Assembly (NCBI GenBank): GCA_016748015.1
Contig: JAAOMT010000503.1
Coordinates: 880,923 to 944,922 of the forward strand
From: Geosiphon pyriformis uo1
Taxonomy: Eukaryota > Fungi > Glomeromycota
DNA length: 64,000 nt
Direction: 5' to 3'
The translations under genes and the position numbers were made by a program. The notes under the pieces are model-generated. The model ran no database searches, had not been told where the DNA came from, and saw only the letters and a list, made by a program, of their open reading frames with translations. Of this stretch, positions 1-12,758 are shown in pieces. Position 1 is the first letter of the stretch. Every line of letters starts with the position of its first letter.

Positions 1-473
1 CACTTTATGTTAATAACAATTGATACTTAACACCACTAGAACAATAGCTCTTGATTATGGCTATTGATGAGATACTAACACACAAATTGTCTTGGCTTAT
101 TTTTTCTATTTTTTTTTATTTTTTTTTATTTTTTTTGTTATTACTTTGGGTTTACTAATTGATTAAAGATTAAGCACTGAATTATTGATGTCAAGGATTG
201 CCTGATAAAAGACCTTTGCAAGTGGGTAATGCATATAAAGAATATAGATTACTTACCAAAAGATTGCCAGCCATCAAGCTAAAGAAAAAAATTGACAGAA
301 TTGCAATTCTGAGAAGCTACAGATAAACAACTATTGAATCTTTGTCCATTATATAAAGAACTCAACCAAAACCTTCAAATAACAATACTTTTAGATCAAC
401 ACCAACATATTAACCAAGCACTAAGTTACAGATTTGTTATTTAATTTAAGACCCCAAATATTCACTTGTAATA
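1..473 (+). mobile_element. Partial LTR (U5 end) related to Gypsy family A, inserted into a LINE
   Basis: Reverse complement of 1-60 matches the family-A LTR at ~16741-16799 and ~27008-27065. 400-473 matches the LTR edge at 16331 and ends TGTAATA (decayed TGTAACA). LINE RT sequence follows directly with no PBS, so this is a 3' or solo LTR. Confidence 0.85.
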
Positions 474-3391
474 TCATTTATTAAACTTTAATAAAAAAAA
501 AATATTCTAATAAATATTTGTTCTATTGTTTTAATTAAAACTATTTTAAAAGTTCTTTCCAAAATTTTTTTTAATAAGATTTTTTTAGTATATAATAAGT
601 TTAATATTTTTTATAATAATAATTTTTTAGTTTTAAAAAGTACATTAACATAATTTTTTATTTTTATAATTAAATTGGTAGTAAAGAATACTTTGGAAAA
701 AAATCATAAACTTTGGCTGATTTTGCAAAATATGCACAAAGTATATAATTTTGTAAATTAAGAACATTTTAAGTATAATCTAAATAAAATTAAGATATAT
801 GACAAATTTGTCAAATTCTTTGATAGTATTTACAATAATTATATTAACCAAATTATAACTAATTTTGGCTTAATAGCTAAATACTGTGTTCATAATAGAC
901 TAAACCAAAGCAAAAAATTTTTATCTCTTTTTTGGTATATCTTTTATAATCTTTTTTTGTATAAAGTTAAAAAACAGAAGAGTATATATGATTATAAAAT
1001 TAATTCTAGATTTGTTATTAAAACTGATTAAGTTAAAGTTCAAATTAGTTTAATATTAATTTTTACTGTTAATATCTTTGTTAATATTACAATTTGAATA
1101 AGATATAATCAGACAATAATCTAGCATATTTTGAATATTACAAATGATTTTTTTCGAATTAATAATATTTTAATCAATAATAACAAGACAATAGTTATTT
1201 TAATCAACCATAAAGTTGCAAATTCTTCTTTGTTAATTAATAATTTGCTGATTTTTATTGCAAAAAAAGAGAAATTTTACAAATATTTAGGCATTTTTCT
1301 GTTAATAAAAAGATTATTAAAGTCTAATTTAGCAAAAGCTTATTTAAATATTAAATTTTTTATTAGTATTATTATAAAAAAGACTATTTTTAATAAGCAG
1401 TTTCTATATTTGGTTTTATTAGTATTTTATTTTATTATTAATTATAAAATTTAATTCAACTTTGTTTTTAATAATATATATAACAAATAAAATACTATAA
1501 TTTATAGAAACTTAAAATTAAAATTGTGTTTGTTTTTGGACTTTTTAAGTAATATAATTTATTATTTTTTCTTGTATGGCCTAAAAACTTTTTAACAAAT
1601 ATAAATTAAAAACAAATTAGCTTTTGTGCTATGTTTTTTTAATATATATAATATCTTAAATTGTTTATTTGAACATAAATTTCTTAATTTATAAGTTTTA
1701 AGCTGGTTTTTTTATTATTTTTTATACTATTTAATTTGTTTTAAAATTAATTCTATTAACAATTTTCTGGCAGATGTAATTTGTGTTTTTTATGAGTATA
1801 ATTTATTTTTAATTAATTTATTGTATTTGGTATTTTGTTTTTAAGATAAAATTTTAATATTAGTAGTTTTAAATAGGTTTGATTTTTTAAGGTTTTCTGT
1901 TTATTTAAATAATTTGGTATTATTTTTATTAAATAGTTGCATAATAAAAAGAACAGTATTTTTGACTAAAAAATTTTTAAATGTTAAAAAAACTGGATTT
2001 CTGTAGTTTTGTCCCTAGTTAATTTAAATTTGCTGTTAGATTTTTAAATAATTTAATATTCTGTTTTGTTGTTTTGTTTTTTGCTATTGGTTTTTATTTT
2101 TTAAACATTTTTGATTTATATAAGTTTGATCTAATTTGTAATTAATTAATAAATATTAACATTATTTGCTTTTTTATTTATATTAATAGTTTTCTAAGTA
2201 ATTTAAATACTGCTAATATAAAAGTTAATATAACAGTTTTTTTTGAAAATATGAATTTAAATTTAAGTATTAAAGTTTTAGAGTTGGTTTTATCTATTAT
2301 AACTAAATTACAAATTATTATACTTGTTTTAGAATATGTGTTTTTTTTCTGTATTATTAATTTGTTTTTTAACAGCTAAGTAGCTTTGAATATATATTAT
2401 TCAGAATTGATTTTGGTTTTTTCAGATTTTTATAATTATTGTTGGATTAAATATTAGTATATTATAAATATTATTAAAAATAAAAATTTAAGTATTAATT
2501 AGTATAAAATTAAAAGCCACTTGGATGTTTTAGATAATAAAAAAATTAATGTTTTGGTTAATGCTGTCTTATTCTTGAATATAATATTTTTAACTTATTT
2601 ATAAAAATACTTCATTAAGACTAATAATAAAGTTATTTTTATTTTACAAAAACTTTATATTACAAGTTATCTATAATTGTTTATAAGTATTTGTATGATA
2701 AATATTACTATAGTGTTTTGTATCTGTTTTGTGAAAATATTAAGTTTTTAAATTACATTTTTTTTTACAAATTGGATAATAAAGCTTACAAAAGACTGTT
2801 AAATATTTATATAATTATTTAAAAAATGTTTTTTGATCTAACTAGATTATTTTTATGTGTTTTATAACTGCTTTTTTTGTGTTTTTCTAATATTATAATA
2901 TATTTAGCTTTGTATAAAGAGTTTGTTTTTAAGAACTGGTTTCAGAAATCTTTTTCTATTTTTAAAGATATTAAAATTGCTAACTGTAAAGTTGTAAACT
3001 TTGTACATAGTTTCAGATTAGTTTATAGAAATAATATTAGATTTATTTATTTTAAGTATTAGATTTTTATAAAAAAAAGTGGTCTAATTTCATATAATAG
3101 AATTATTTTTATAAGTATTGTTAGCTTATTATCTGTTTTGTTTAATAGTATGATTAAATTGCTTAAAATTATTGAAACCTTTGATATTAGTTTTAATATG
3201 TATAAATTGAATTTTTTTTTTGATATTAAAAATATAATTTCTATATATATAAATACATAATATTGTTTTAACTAATCTAAATGGCTGATTATGTATAGTT
3301 AAATACATAATTTATACCTAGTTTAAATTACTTAATTTAATGTATTATACTAGATAGTATTTGGATCTCATTTATTAAACATAAAAAAAAA
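474..3391 (+). mobile_element. Heavily AT-shifted non-LTR retrotransposon (LINE; RT, RNase H, C-terminus, poly(A))
   Basis: Collinear with the minus-strand LINE at 28650-31110. 723-770 reads LQNMHKVYNFVN*EHF versus LQNMHKAYDSVGWSHL. RNase H-like YINS(DG)FL region lies near ~2180. The 3' UTR ends CATTTATTAAAC plus an A-run at ~3383-3391, as in the second copy at 12759-12790. Confidence 0.85.
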
Positions 3392-4015
3392 TATATATAT
3401 TTAAATTTTTTATTAAAAATATTTTTATTTAATAATAATTTATTTAATTTAATTATAAATTTATATTTAATACAAGTTTTTTATTAATATTATTAAAGTA
3501 ATTTTTATTTAATATATATATTTTAATATTATTGATTAATATTTTGTTTTTAAAAAATAATAATTATATTTATTTTTAAAATTTTGTAAGTCTAAGTTTT
3601 TTGTTATTAGTATTTATTATATTTTTGTTTTTTTATTATAGTTTTTTGTTGTTATTTTTTGTTGTTTTTGCTGTTAAATTTTTTTTTAAATAAAAAGCTT
3701 TTATTAAAATAGTTTAATAATTATCTGTTTTTTAATAATCAAAAAATCACTACAAAAAAGAAGTAATTTGTTTTTTTGTAAATAAATGTTTTTTTAGTTT
3801 TTGTGTTATAAATAAGAATTTTATAATTGAAAGCAAACAAAATTTTGATTTAAGATCAAAAATATAGTTTTATGTATAAAAAAAATATATTTAACTATTA
3901 AAAATTCAAGTTTAAACTAAATTAATTATTAATATTTACAAAAATAAAAAATTATTTATTTTACCAACAATATATTTTTAATTTAAAAATATATTAATTA
4001 TTATTATTATAAACC
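3392..4015. other. Extremely AT-rich degenerate repeat debris
   Basis: G/C almost absent; abrupt switch to normal composition at ~4020; no assignable ORF. Confidence 0.5.
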
Positions 4016-4302
4016 AAATTTGGCGTTCTAACTTAAAGGGATCATCAGATCTGAGATTTATTGATATAATCGCACCCGAGATGGTTGTTTCGGCCCTAAG
4101 CTATTCCAGATAAGTTCTCCCTCACAAAGTTAGTAAGCGAAATTTCAAATTCGACAATGACAAATTTGAATTTCAATAATAATAACGATCTTCAGTTGAT
4201 CGTCTCTAGCATATAACACGCAAAATTACACCTTGGTTGTGCTTAATATTTATACTTGACCCGTTCGCTTTTCTATCATTCTTGAAGAGGAGAAATATTT
4301 TG

Positions 4303-5337
4303 ATGGCACAAGAAGTTTGTCAATCACTTACCAACAGTTTAATAAAGAGTCATACCATTAGCAAACAGACCTTTATAACAACAAATGGAAGGGCAAAACC
4401 CGTTTTTGACTCAATAGAAAGTGCTCTCAAGGATTTTAGTGAGCAAGTTAATTTCCTGAAGATTTATATTTTAACGGTCCGTTAATCATGTTCTATCGAT
4501 TTCTTTTTCAATTTTACAGAGGAGGGAAATTTTGTTTTGGTAGTAGATAATGAAGACCGAGAGAATGAGGGTGACTTAATTATTGCGGCCGAAAAAATGA
4601 CTACTGAAAAAATGGCTTTCATGGTACGATACAGCAGGTAATAATTACATTCTAATCAGAATAAGTTAACTAGGTGCTTTTGTGTTTCGGCCAAATGCTT
4701 AAATTTTTACTCCAATTAGTGGCTTGATTTGCGTCCCCACAACATCATCTCGTCTTGATCAACTTGAACTACCATTAATGGTTCCAAATAGTACTGATAG
4801 ATTGAAAACTGCATATACAATTTCAGTGGATTACAAACACAGTATGATTTTTATTTAATAGCAAACATTAAAAAGAGTCCATTTTTAATGTGTACCCATT
4901 TTTAATAAGATACCACCACAGGCATATCCGCACATGATCGAGCCCTTACCGCAAGATCACTTGCAAACATGAAAATCACAGATCCTAATGATTTTACTCG
5001 TCCAGGACATATATTTCCTCTAAGATATACTGAAGGTGGTGTTCTCAAACGGATCGGGCATACGGAGGCTTCTGTAGGTTGGTAAAAATATTATTATCAA
5101 ACAAATGGACAAATTTAAAATTTACTAAAATAACATATTCCTGATTGAATCACTTGAGATTTATGTAAATTGACAGGTTTGCAACCGGTAGGAGTTATTT
5201 GCGAATTAGTCAGAGATGACGGACATATGGCGCGCCGTGATGACTGCCGTTTGTTCGCTAATGAACATGGTTTAAAGCTAATTTCTATTGAAGATTTGGC
5301 TCATTATCGAATGAACAATCGGCTATTCGAGATTTAA
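4303..5337 (+). CDS. RIB3: 3,4-dihydroxy-2-butanone-4-phosphate synthase (riboflavin biosynthesis), 5 exons
   Basis: Spliced translation gives [84 protein letters not shown]. These are DHBP synthase hallmark motifs. Introns are GT-AG. Confidence 0.95.
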
Positions 5338-5512
5338 TAGATCTTCAAAAATCAACACAATTTGCACGGGTCGCCACTAAAATTAAAATTTGGCATCTAA
5401 TATAATTTAATGCATAGACTATAAAAATGATATTTATAATTAAATGTACCTATATTATTGATTTCTTTCAGAACGGAAAGTATATTTCTTCGTATAATAC
5501 AAAAAGATGATT

Positions 5513-6650
5513 CTATGCCGCATTTTTCAGCGGTGCTGCTGGAAGCCCAAATTCGTCCAAATTTTGAGCCTAAGACAAATTGTTATAATAAATTAATAAT
5601 GGAACAAATCGATATGAACAAACTCATTTTTCTTTACCTCAGTTTCCAATTCTGATTGTCCGGTACTTGGTAGCTCTGCAACGGGCGTCTCTTGTAAATA
5701 TGAAGGTTCTTGCTCTTCATTGAACAGCATTTCATCGCCTAGAGCATCCAATTCTAAAACGTTTATCATGCATTTAATTAGTAACTAAGTTATTTAAATT
5801 TTGAAACAAGAATTTTTACATCAAACAGTTCCTACCAGCTTCTAACTCGTCCTCGTCAATGTCTTCGGGAAGACTATATGTTCTTCCGAGTGTCTCCTGT
5901 ATATCATTTGCTTGCTCCATCAAATCCTCCATATCGTCTTGAATTTTCTATGATATTATTTGGATAAAATAAAGGATTAAACAAATAAATTGTGAGAATA
6001 TCAGAGCCTTTGATGTAGGATTTTACAACATACCTCAATATTATTTATATCAATTTTCTTATATTGCTTTTGCATCTCCTTGTTTGCCAGTTGCATTGCA
6101 TCCACAGTAGACATCACATTACGCAAGTTTTCTGTCGTAAAGTTTGCTTGTTCCATGTTGAAAGATTGTTGTTGCAGTTGATCTCTTTGACCTTCATATC
6201 TGATATTATAACATGACGCAAATTAACAAGGTAATTAGCTTTCAGAAGCTCAGCCAAGGGCAAAAAGAACCTTATGCTTACAATTTTTTTTGTTTCAAAA
6301 CTCTCATAGCTTTAGCTTTAATTGCATTCTAGTTTGCACAGATCATCATATTAAATCTCCACCGGTATCTTGAGAAAAATTGGTTGCCATGAGACTTATG
6401 AGATTACCTTCCCAGGACCATCCCGCAATTTCTTCATTTGATCTTTATATTTTGCCAATTCTGCGTCAAGCTTTTTGATCTTGACTTCCACCGCGTCAAC
6501 TCTTAGGTCGGTCTACCGCAAGAGTTTCAGGTAATAAATTTCAGATCACTTCAAACATAGACTTTCACATATTTGCTTACTTACTGACGCGATTGCTTGA
6601 TTTAATGTGGGTTTTGGGATTTTCTTTGAGGTACCAAAGATGCGGTTCAT
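5513..6650 (-). CDS. VPS60: ESCRT-III Snf7-family protein Vps60/CHMP5, 7 exons
   Basis: [92 protein letters not shown]. Confidence 0.93.
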
Positions 6651-6875
6651 TTTGAAATTTTGAAGTGTTAAAACAGCTAAAGGGTTTAGATTTCCTTAGT
6701 CTCAACCAAAATACAAATAATATGTGCTGACAATTAATTGCCATTATTGGTTAGTGTGTAAAACTAAAAACTCCAGAATCAAATTAACAGGTAAAATTAA
6801 TTCAGGTGGAATTTAACCGCGAACAAATTCTCTTTTCCGCCTTTCTCAAATTCATTTTGACTTTTCCCTCTCTCC
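6651..6875. promoter_or_regulatory. Short divergent (bidirectional) promoter, VPS60/TMA22
   Basis: The two ATGs lie head-to-head about 225 bp apart. Confidence 0.6.
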
Positions 6876-8376
6876 ATGTCAACAAGTTCTTTTACACCAG
6901 TGCTTTCGACAGCAAAGGAAGTGATATATTGCGGGGGTATTTCTCTCTCCTGATTCAATAGCTGAGGTCTTTAATTCTCAGACTAATTCGCAATCCTTAT
7001 ACACAATATATTCGTATATTTTCCTCCTTCGATTCACGTACAAGTCTGCTCCTTACCCCCAGAGGTATTTAACTTTTTTGTTTAGGTCTACGACTGTTGT
7101 TTTCGTAACCAGAAACTAGTTTAAATCCTAAAATTTTGTTTCCTTATTTGGTTCTGCTTAGTATTGCGAGTTTGGGGCAACATTCGATAAATGCAAGAAA
7201 TGGCTTTTTGAAAACTACCCAACATTATATGCAAACTTATATCCACAATGTTAGCTACGGGGTTCTAAGTTTTTCGTTTTGTTTTTCTTAACAAAATGTA
7301 TTATTTCCTTGTCATAATTAGCTTTATTTATAAAAATAAACTTTTTTAAAAGCTCTCGAGGAACAATTAGCAAATTCGTCTCTAGAAGAAGAAAAAACCC
7401 AGAATAATGATCCTGACGAAAAAAAAAAAGCCAAAGGTTTGATATGCTTGAATTTCTTGGTCAATTATATCGAATCGAAAAGCTGGTGATCTACCTAATG
7501 ATCTTTCCGTCGTTTCCTCAGAGGCTGCAAAGATAGAAAGAGAGCTGAAGAAAAAGAGGGTAGAAGTCTCAAGATTATTACAAATCTTTTTGTGAAATCC
7601 CTTTTCAAGAATTGAGACTGACCTGCCACTCTCTTCAATATTAAAAGGCCTCGAAAATAACTATTACGCGGATCGCTCGCAATAAACGAAAGTGCGTGAC
7701 CAGCGTATACGGACTAGAAAATTTTGGTCCGTAATTATTTTACCTGCGATCTGATTTTACCATTCATTGCTTAGATTTCGAATTGGATTAACGGGATTTG
7801 TTGTGGTTATCCACCCAAAACTGGGCATATGTTGGTGGATATAAGGCCAGGAAAAACCGATCCTGGTAACACAATTATCAGTTGAAATGAAAAATTTTTC
7901 TTTCCATGCATGATAAGCATTCTCCTAAAATGTCTAAGGATTACTCTCATATGGACGGCCCCAGGCATTACATGCCTTCTCATTGACGCGACAAAATTAA
8001 TCCTGGTTTTCCTTAGTTTTCAACTAGCTATCAGATCCATATAGGAAACGTGACTGTCATTTCTAACTTGACAATTTTTTTCATTTGGTATGCAAAGATA
8101 TTGATCTTAAAAAGGCGGCCAAGTCGTTTGCCTCAAAGTTCGCTTGCGGCTCATCGGTAGTAAAAAATAATCAGGGGAATGACGAGATTGTGGTTCAAGG
8201 TGATGTATCTGAAGATCTTGTAGATTTTATACTGGAAACCTGGCCAAATGCAAGTACATCTAGTGAAATCAAACCATTCTTTAAGCGTTCGAGTGTAAGT
8301 AACTGGGAACTTGCTTTAATATCAGGTGCCAGAAGATAATCTTGAGCTCACAGAAGATAAGAAGGCAAAAAAATGA
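6876..8376 (+). CDS. TMA22: Translation machinery-associated protein 22 / DENR (SUI1 domain), 8 exons
   Basis: VIYCGVCSLPPEYCEFG..KCKKWL (DENR Zn motif) and RNKRKCVT.V.GLE.FDIDLKKAAK.FA.KFACGSSV..DEIVVQGDV (SUI1). The last intron is GC-AG at 8250. Confidence 0.93.
7795..8050 (+). ncRNA. Candidate structured intronic RNA element (unclassified)
   Basis: Lies in a 371-nt intron (7727-8097) where neighbouring introns are ~60-110 nt. Several 6-8 bp complementary pairs are present, but no recognised snoRNA or snRNA boxes. Confidence 0.3.
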
Positions 8377-8551
8377 CGGAAGGTACAAATGTATCAGGTT
8401 TATATAGATTCAAAATTATGAGAATGATAACTATAACCGGGAATCATCACTGAATAAAACGCATGAGACGAAGAATAGCTGAGCTGAACTAATTACTACA
8501 CTTAAGACAAAATAATTCAGTAGCGCCTTGGTTTATTATTGCGCTGGTACT

Positions 8552-10971
8552 TCAGAATTCCAAGCTTTGTTGCTGTTTAGCTATTTTTGTAAATTTGAAA
8601 CGCATTTGATTAGCTTCTAATCAGAATGATATTAAGTAATAAATACTCACCTCGTTTTTTGATTTTGACTTCTTTTAATATATTTTGGACAAAATTATCA
8701 AAATATTTGATGTAAGGATTGAGTGAATGATTTTCGTAATCTAGAGGAAAATGCGTTTAATAATGGGAATTTACAAACGGAAGCTTAACTCCCACCAATC
8801 AATAAAGGCTATCGCTAAAGTCAATATTGATAAACAGCATCGATCCAGTTCACTCACCATTGAGCCTCTTCTCTCTATTGGGGAGCGGTTTGATGTTGCA
8901 ATTTATCTCTTCAAAAAGCTGAGCGAGAGTTGGTACGTTAAAAGGACTGAAATTTTCACATTCATCAGCGGAAAAGGGAACACATACGCGTCCTATAGAA
9001 ATCAAAATCGTCAAATATATTAGAGTTACCAAAGGCTATATTACTAAATTGATCGTAGTATTTCTTACCAGTATCGGGATGAATACAGAAAGGACTTTTA
9101 AGCAAATGGTGGATCGTCATTGTCACGTTACTATCCAATCGCGGATAAATATACTGAAACATGATTTCCCGCTTAAGTCCCTCTAATGCCTCTTCTCGTG
9201 CCTTCTCCTTTTCCTAAAAAGATTTTTTTTGATAAACCAAATCAAGTTCGAGTTGCTTGAAGAAATCATATTATACCTTGCTCATTTTACCGTCAAAAGA
9301 AACAGGCTGTTTCAGCACAGAAATTACATCTTCCCATTTCACTCTGGAAGAACCCGAGGGTGTTTTGGTCCATTTATCTTGCAGCTCTTTTCTGATTCCT
9401 AAGAATTAGGGTCAGAAAATTTATCCTCACTGATGAAGTTCTTAAATAAACTAACCTGGGTCAGTTATGGATTTAAGAAACTTGCTCCGCCTTTCCTGGG
9501 TTCCCAAAATATCCTGATCATCTAAAGCCATCGAGGTAAAATGGGAATCAATGATTTCGTATGAACGCCTATTTATGAGTGAACATATTTAGAGCTTTGA
9601 AGATAAAAATTCGAAACTCATTTGAAGGTAATTACTGCAATGCTGGATGCAAAGATTTCGGCAAAATCACTTTTTTATCTTGTTGGGCACCTCCCTGTGA
9701 ATGGGAAAGATATGTTGAGAATTTTTTTGTTACAAAATTACGTGGATATGATAAAATACCTTTACTACTTCAAGATACGCGATGAGGGCCCTTCGACCCT
9801 CATTATCCAATTTTAGGGCTCGTTCGTCACATACCCAACAATGAACACCACGTCGTCCAGAGTAAACCCAGAGAATGTGCTTGAAACCAAAATCATCTGG
9901 GCAAATTTACATAAAATTGATTAGCAGAGCAACGATTGAATGTAGCAGTTAATGAATAAATAACTGATCCCAAACCCCGCAACGCGACATCAATGATTTT
10001 TATGGCGATAGTCATGAATTTCCAACATTTACGACAGATATTGGCGCCACTAAATAAAAATGTTATTTTTTGAAATGCTAAAGGAAATAAATTTATCTTT
10101 AAAGAAAACTATAATGTACCTGCAACAGATTCGAATATCATCATAGTCCGTCATATCTATATCAAAGACCAATTCTTTCATAATAGCTTGGAATTGGTTA
10201 GCTCTTATGTTTTTCTTGTGTTTCGGCTAATATTATCAGTCCTAATTAATAATCAATTGTATATCGTTTATCAGAAATAACATAATCCAAACTTACTTGT
10301 GCGGTATATATTGCTCCAATATCAAATTTAGTTGGCAGTTCATTTAAAAGTTCCTTTTTCAATTCTTCCCCATCTTTAAAAGATTGGTAACGCACGAAAA
10401 CTTTATCTAGCGTAAAACTAAATTCTCGATTCAAAAAAGCTTTGGTCGGAACTGCATTGAATGTTAAAATTCATTAAGCAATACTTTAAATAAAATAAAA
10501 TTTTACGAATAAAAGTTGTTATACCTGTTTCATAGTTAAGCCAATGGTAGTAAGATTTGTATGGGAAAAATTGTTGATAATACATCCGGAGTAAATCGGG
10601 ATACGGAACATCCCTACTAAAATTCGCTTTTTGATGCGTGGAAGGGCTTTTAGGGGATTCGGGCACTTATCAATAATATGGCTTTAAATTAGAATTTTTT
10701 TTTAGAATGAGAACCTTATTCGAGAAAGTATTACTATTTTGAACTAATTTAGCAACGGGTTTCAGGTCTGGGATCAAGTCCTCTTCCATTTCATCTTGTG
10801 GCTCTTGTTCCTCTTCCTTGGATCGCTCTGAAATGCCGTCTATTTCCATTGGGGAAGATGCTGTGAGAGTAGAAATTATTTCGGTTCAAACTTTATTCAA
10901 AAAAGTGCTAACGAATTTAAATCTCCTAAAGTTGAGATAAGTTAAATACTTGTTTTTTGAACTGATTGCAT
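8552..10971 (-). CDS. PRI1: DNA primase small (catalytic) subunit, multi-exon
   Basis: [85 protein letters not shown]. The N-terminal exons splice in frame from ATG 10971. Confidence 0.95.
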
Positions 10972-11049
10972 TTTAGGTTTGAAATATCAATTCAGCGATT
11001 TACTTTTCGTTCAAAGTAGCAATTGTATTTTATACTAATTGGCAATTGA

Positions 11050-11065
11050 TGGCGCGAATACGCGT
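11050..11065. promoter_or_regulatory. Adjacent E2F-like (TTCGCGCCA on minus) and MCB (ACGCGT) motifs upstream of PRI1
   Basis: TGGCGCGAATACGCGT lies about 80 bp upstream of the ATG of a G1/S replication gene, in otherwise CpG-poor sequence. Confidence 0.55.
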
Positions 11066-11079
11066 GACATCACTGTGTA

Positions 11080-12758
11080 ACTTCCAAGTTATATTTTATT
11101 ATGATTTATATAATATGAATTGTATTTTATTTGTTATTTTTATATTATAAATTTCAACCAAAACTAAAATACAAAATAGTAACAACAAGATAACTGGTTA
11201 TATATAAAACATATACATGTTAAATATAATTAAATAATAATTAGATTATATTTAACAACATAAAAAAATATAATTAATATAATTAATTAATTAAATATAA
11301 AAAATATATATATAATATTTATTTAATTTTTAATTTTTACAATATGTATATAATAAATAAATTTTAATAAAACATAAAAAATAATTATAATAATATTATT
11401 AATATGTATATATTTTTTATTTAACAAGTACAGTTTAATTAAACAAAAATTTAAATAAGAAATCTAAAATGTAAAATCTTTATTATTATTAACTATTATA
11501 ATGTATAAACTTTTTTTTGCAATTTTAAAATTACAATTAAAAAAAACTTTTTTTTTGGTTTTTAATAATATAATTATTTTAAAAAAATAATTAGATAATA
11601 TTTTGTAAAAATGCTTTTTAAATAATATAAAACTTTGTTTTTTGGTTAAGAATACTTTTTATAAAAAAAAAAATTTGGTTTTTTTGGTGTTTTTTAATTT
11701 TGTTATATTAATATTAATTATAATATTTAAATTTAATTTAACTATAAATAATAATTTTTTTATTTTAAATAATAATAATAATAACTAAACATATTAATTA
11801 ATATATTTAATTGATCTAATTTAAAAATTATTAACTTTAAACAAAACTAAACCAAATTAAAATTTTAGAATTTACTTTATAAAACTAATTTAAAATTAAA
11901 TTATAATAAAAATAAAAATAAAATTTTTGTAAAAATAATCTAAAATATAATATAATATATAATTAATTAATTTAATACTTTAATATTATAATAATTAAAA
12001 CAATTTTAATACAAATATAACCAAAAAAATTTTTTGCAATAAAAAATAAAATTAAATAAAATTAATTTAATATTATTTATAATAATAATTTTGTTTATTG
12101 TTTAATTTTTATTTGATTATATTTATTATTATTATTTATTATTATTAAGTTAATATTACCAAAAAATAAATAATATTATAATTTTAATAATTATTATTTT
12201 AATATTTTTTTATTAAATATCTATTTATTAAAAATATAAAAAATTTTAAAAGACTTTTTTTAGTTTATTTTTATAATTACAATTAAAACAAAGAGTAATA
12301 AAATTTTAAATATTATTTTTTTTATAATAACTAATAAAGTTTTAACCAAAAAAAATTTTTGGTTATAAAAACATTTAAACAAAATATCTTAAAAAATTTT
12401 TTTTTAAATATTAATAGTATTAATAATTTTTAAAATTTTTTTTTTATTTTTGGTTAATAATTCTTTTTTAATTAAGGTTTTTTTCAAAAACATATTAGAA
12501 TTAATTTTAGTATTGTTTTTATCTTTTTTAAAAATATTAAAATCTTTAATAATAAATTAATTAACAATCCAATTTTTTCTGTTTTTATTACTATTATTAT
12601 TACTAATATTTTATAAATAACCAAAAAGACCAAAAACTTTAAAAAACTATAATAGTTACTTGTATTAACTATTATTATACCAAATTTTTTGTGGTTTTAA
12701 ATAAAATTTTGAATAAAATTTTTATAATAGTAATTAGTATTTTTTTTAATATAAATAA
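11080..12758. other. Extremely AT-rich degenerate repeat debris
   Basis: Very little G/C, surviving mostly as ACC/GGT/AAC; no assignable ORF. Confidence 0.5.

Noticed and set aside
7840-7875. TPP riboswitch, U17/snR30, RNase P/MRP or telomerase identity for the TMA22 intron
   Set aside because: The required motifs (CUGAGA, AUAUUCCUA/AAACCAU, CR-I/CR-V, CUAACCCU) are absent.
12270-12292. 23-nt identity with 63918-63940
   Set aside because: Low-complexity AT sequence and the flanks do not clearly align; cannot be assigned to a family.
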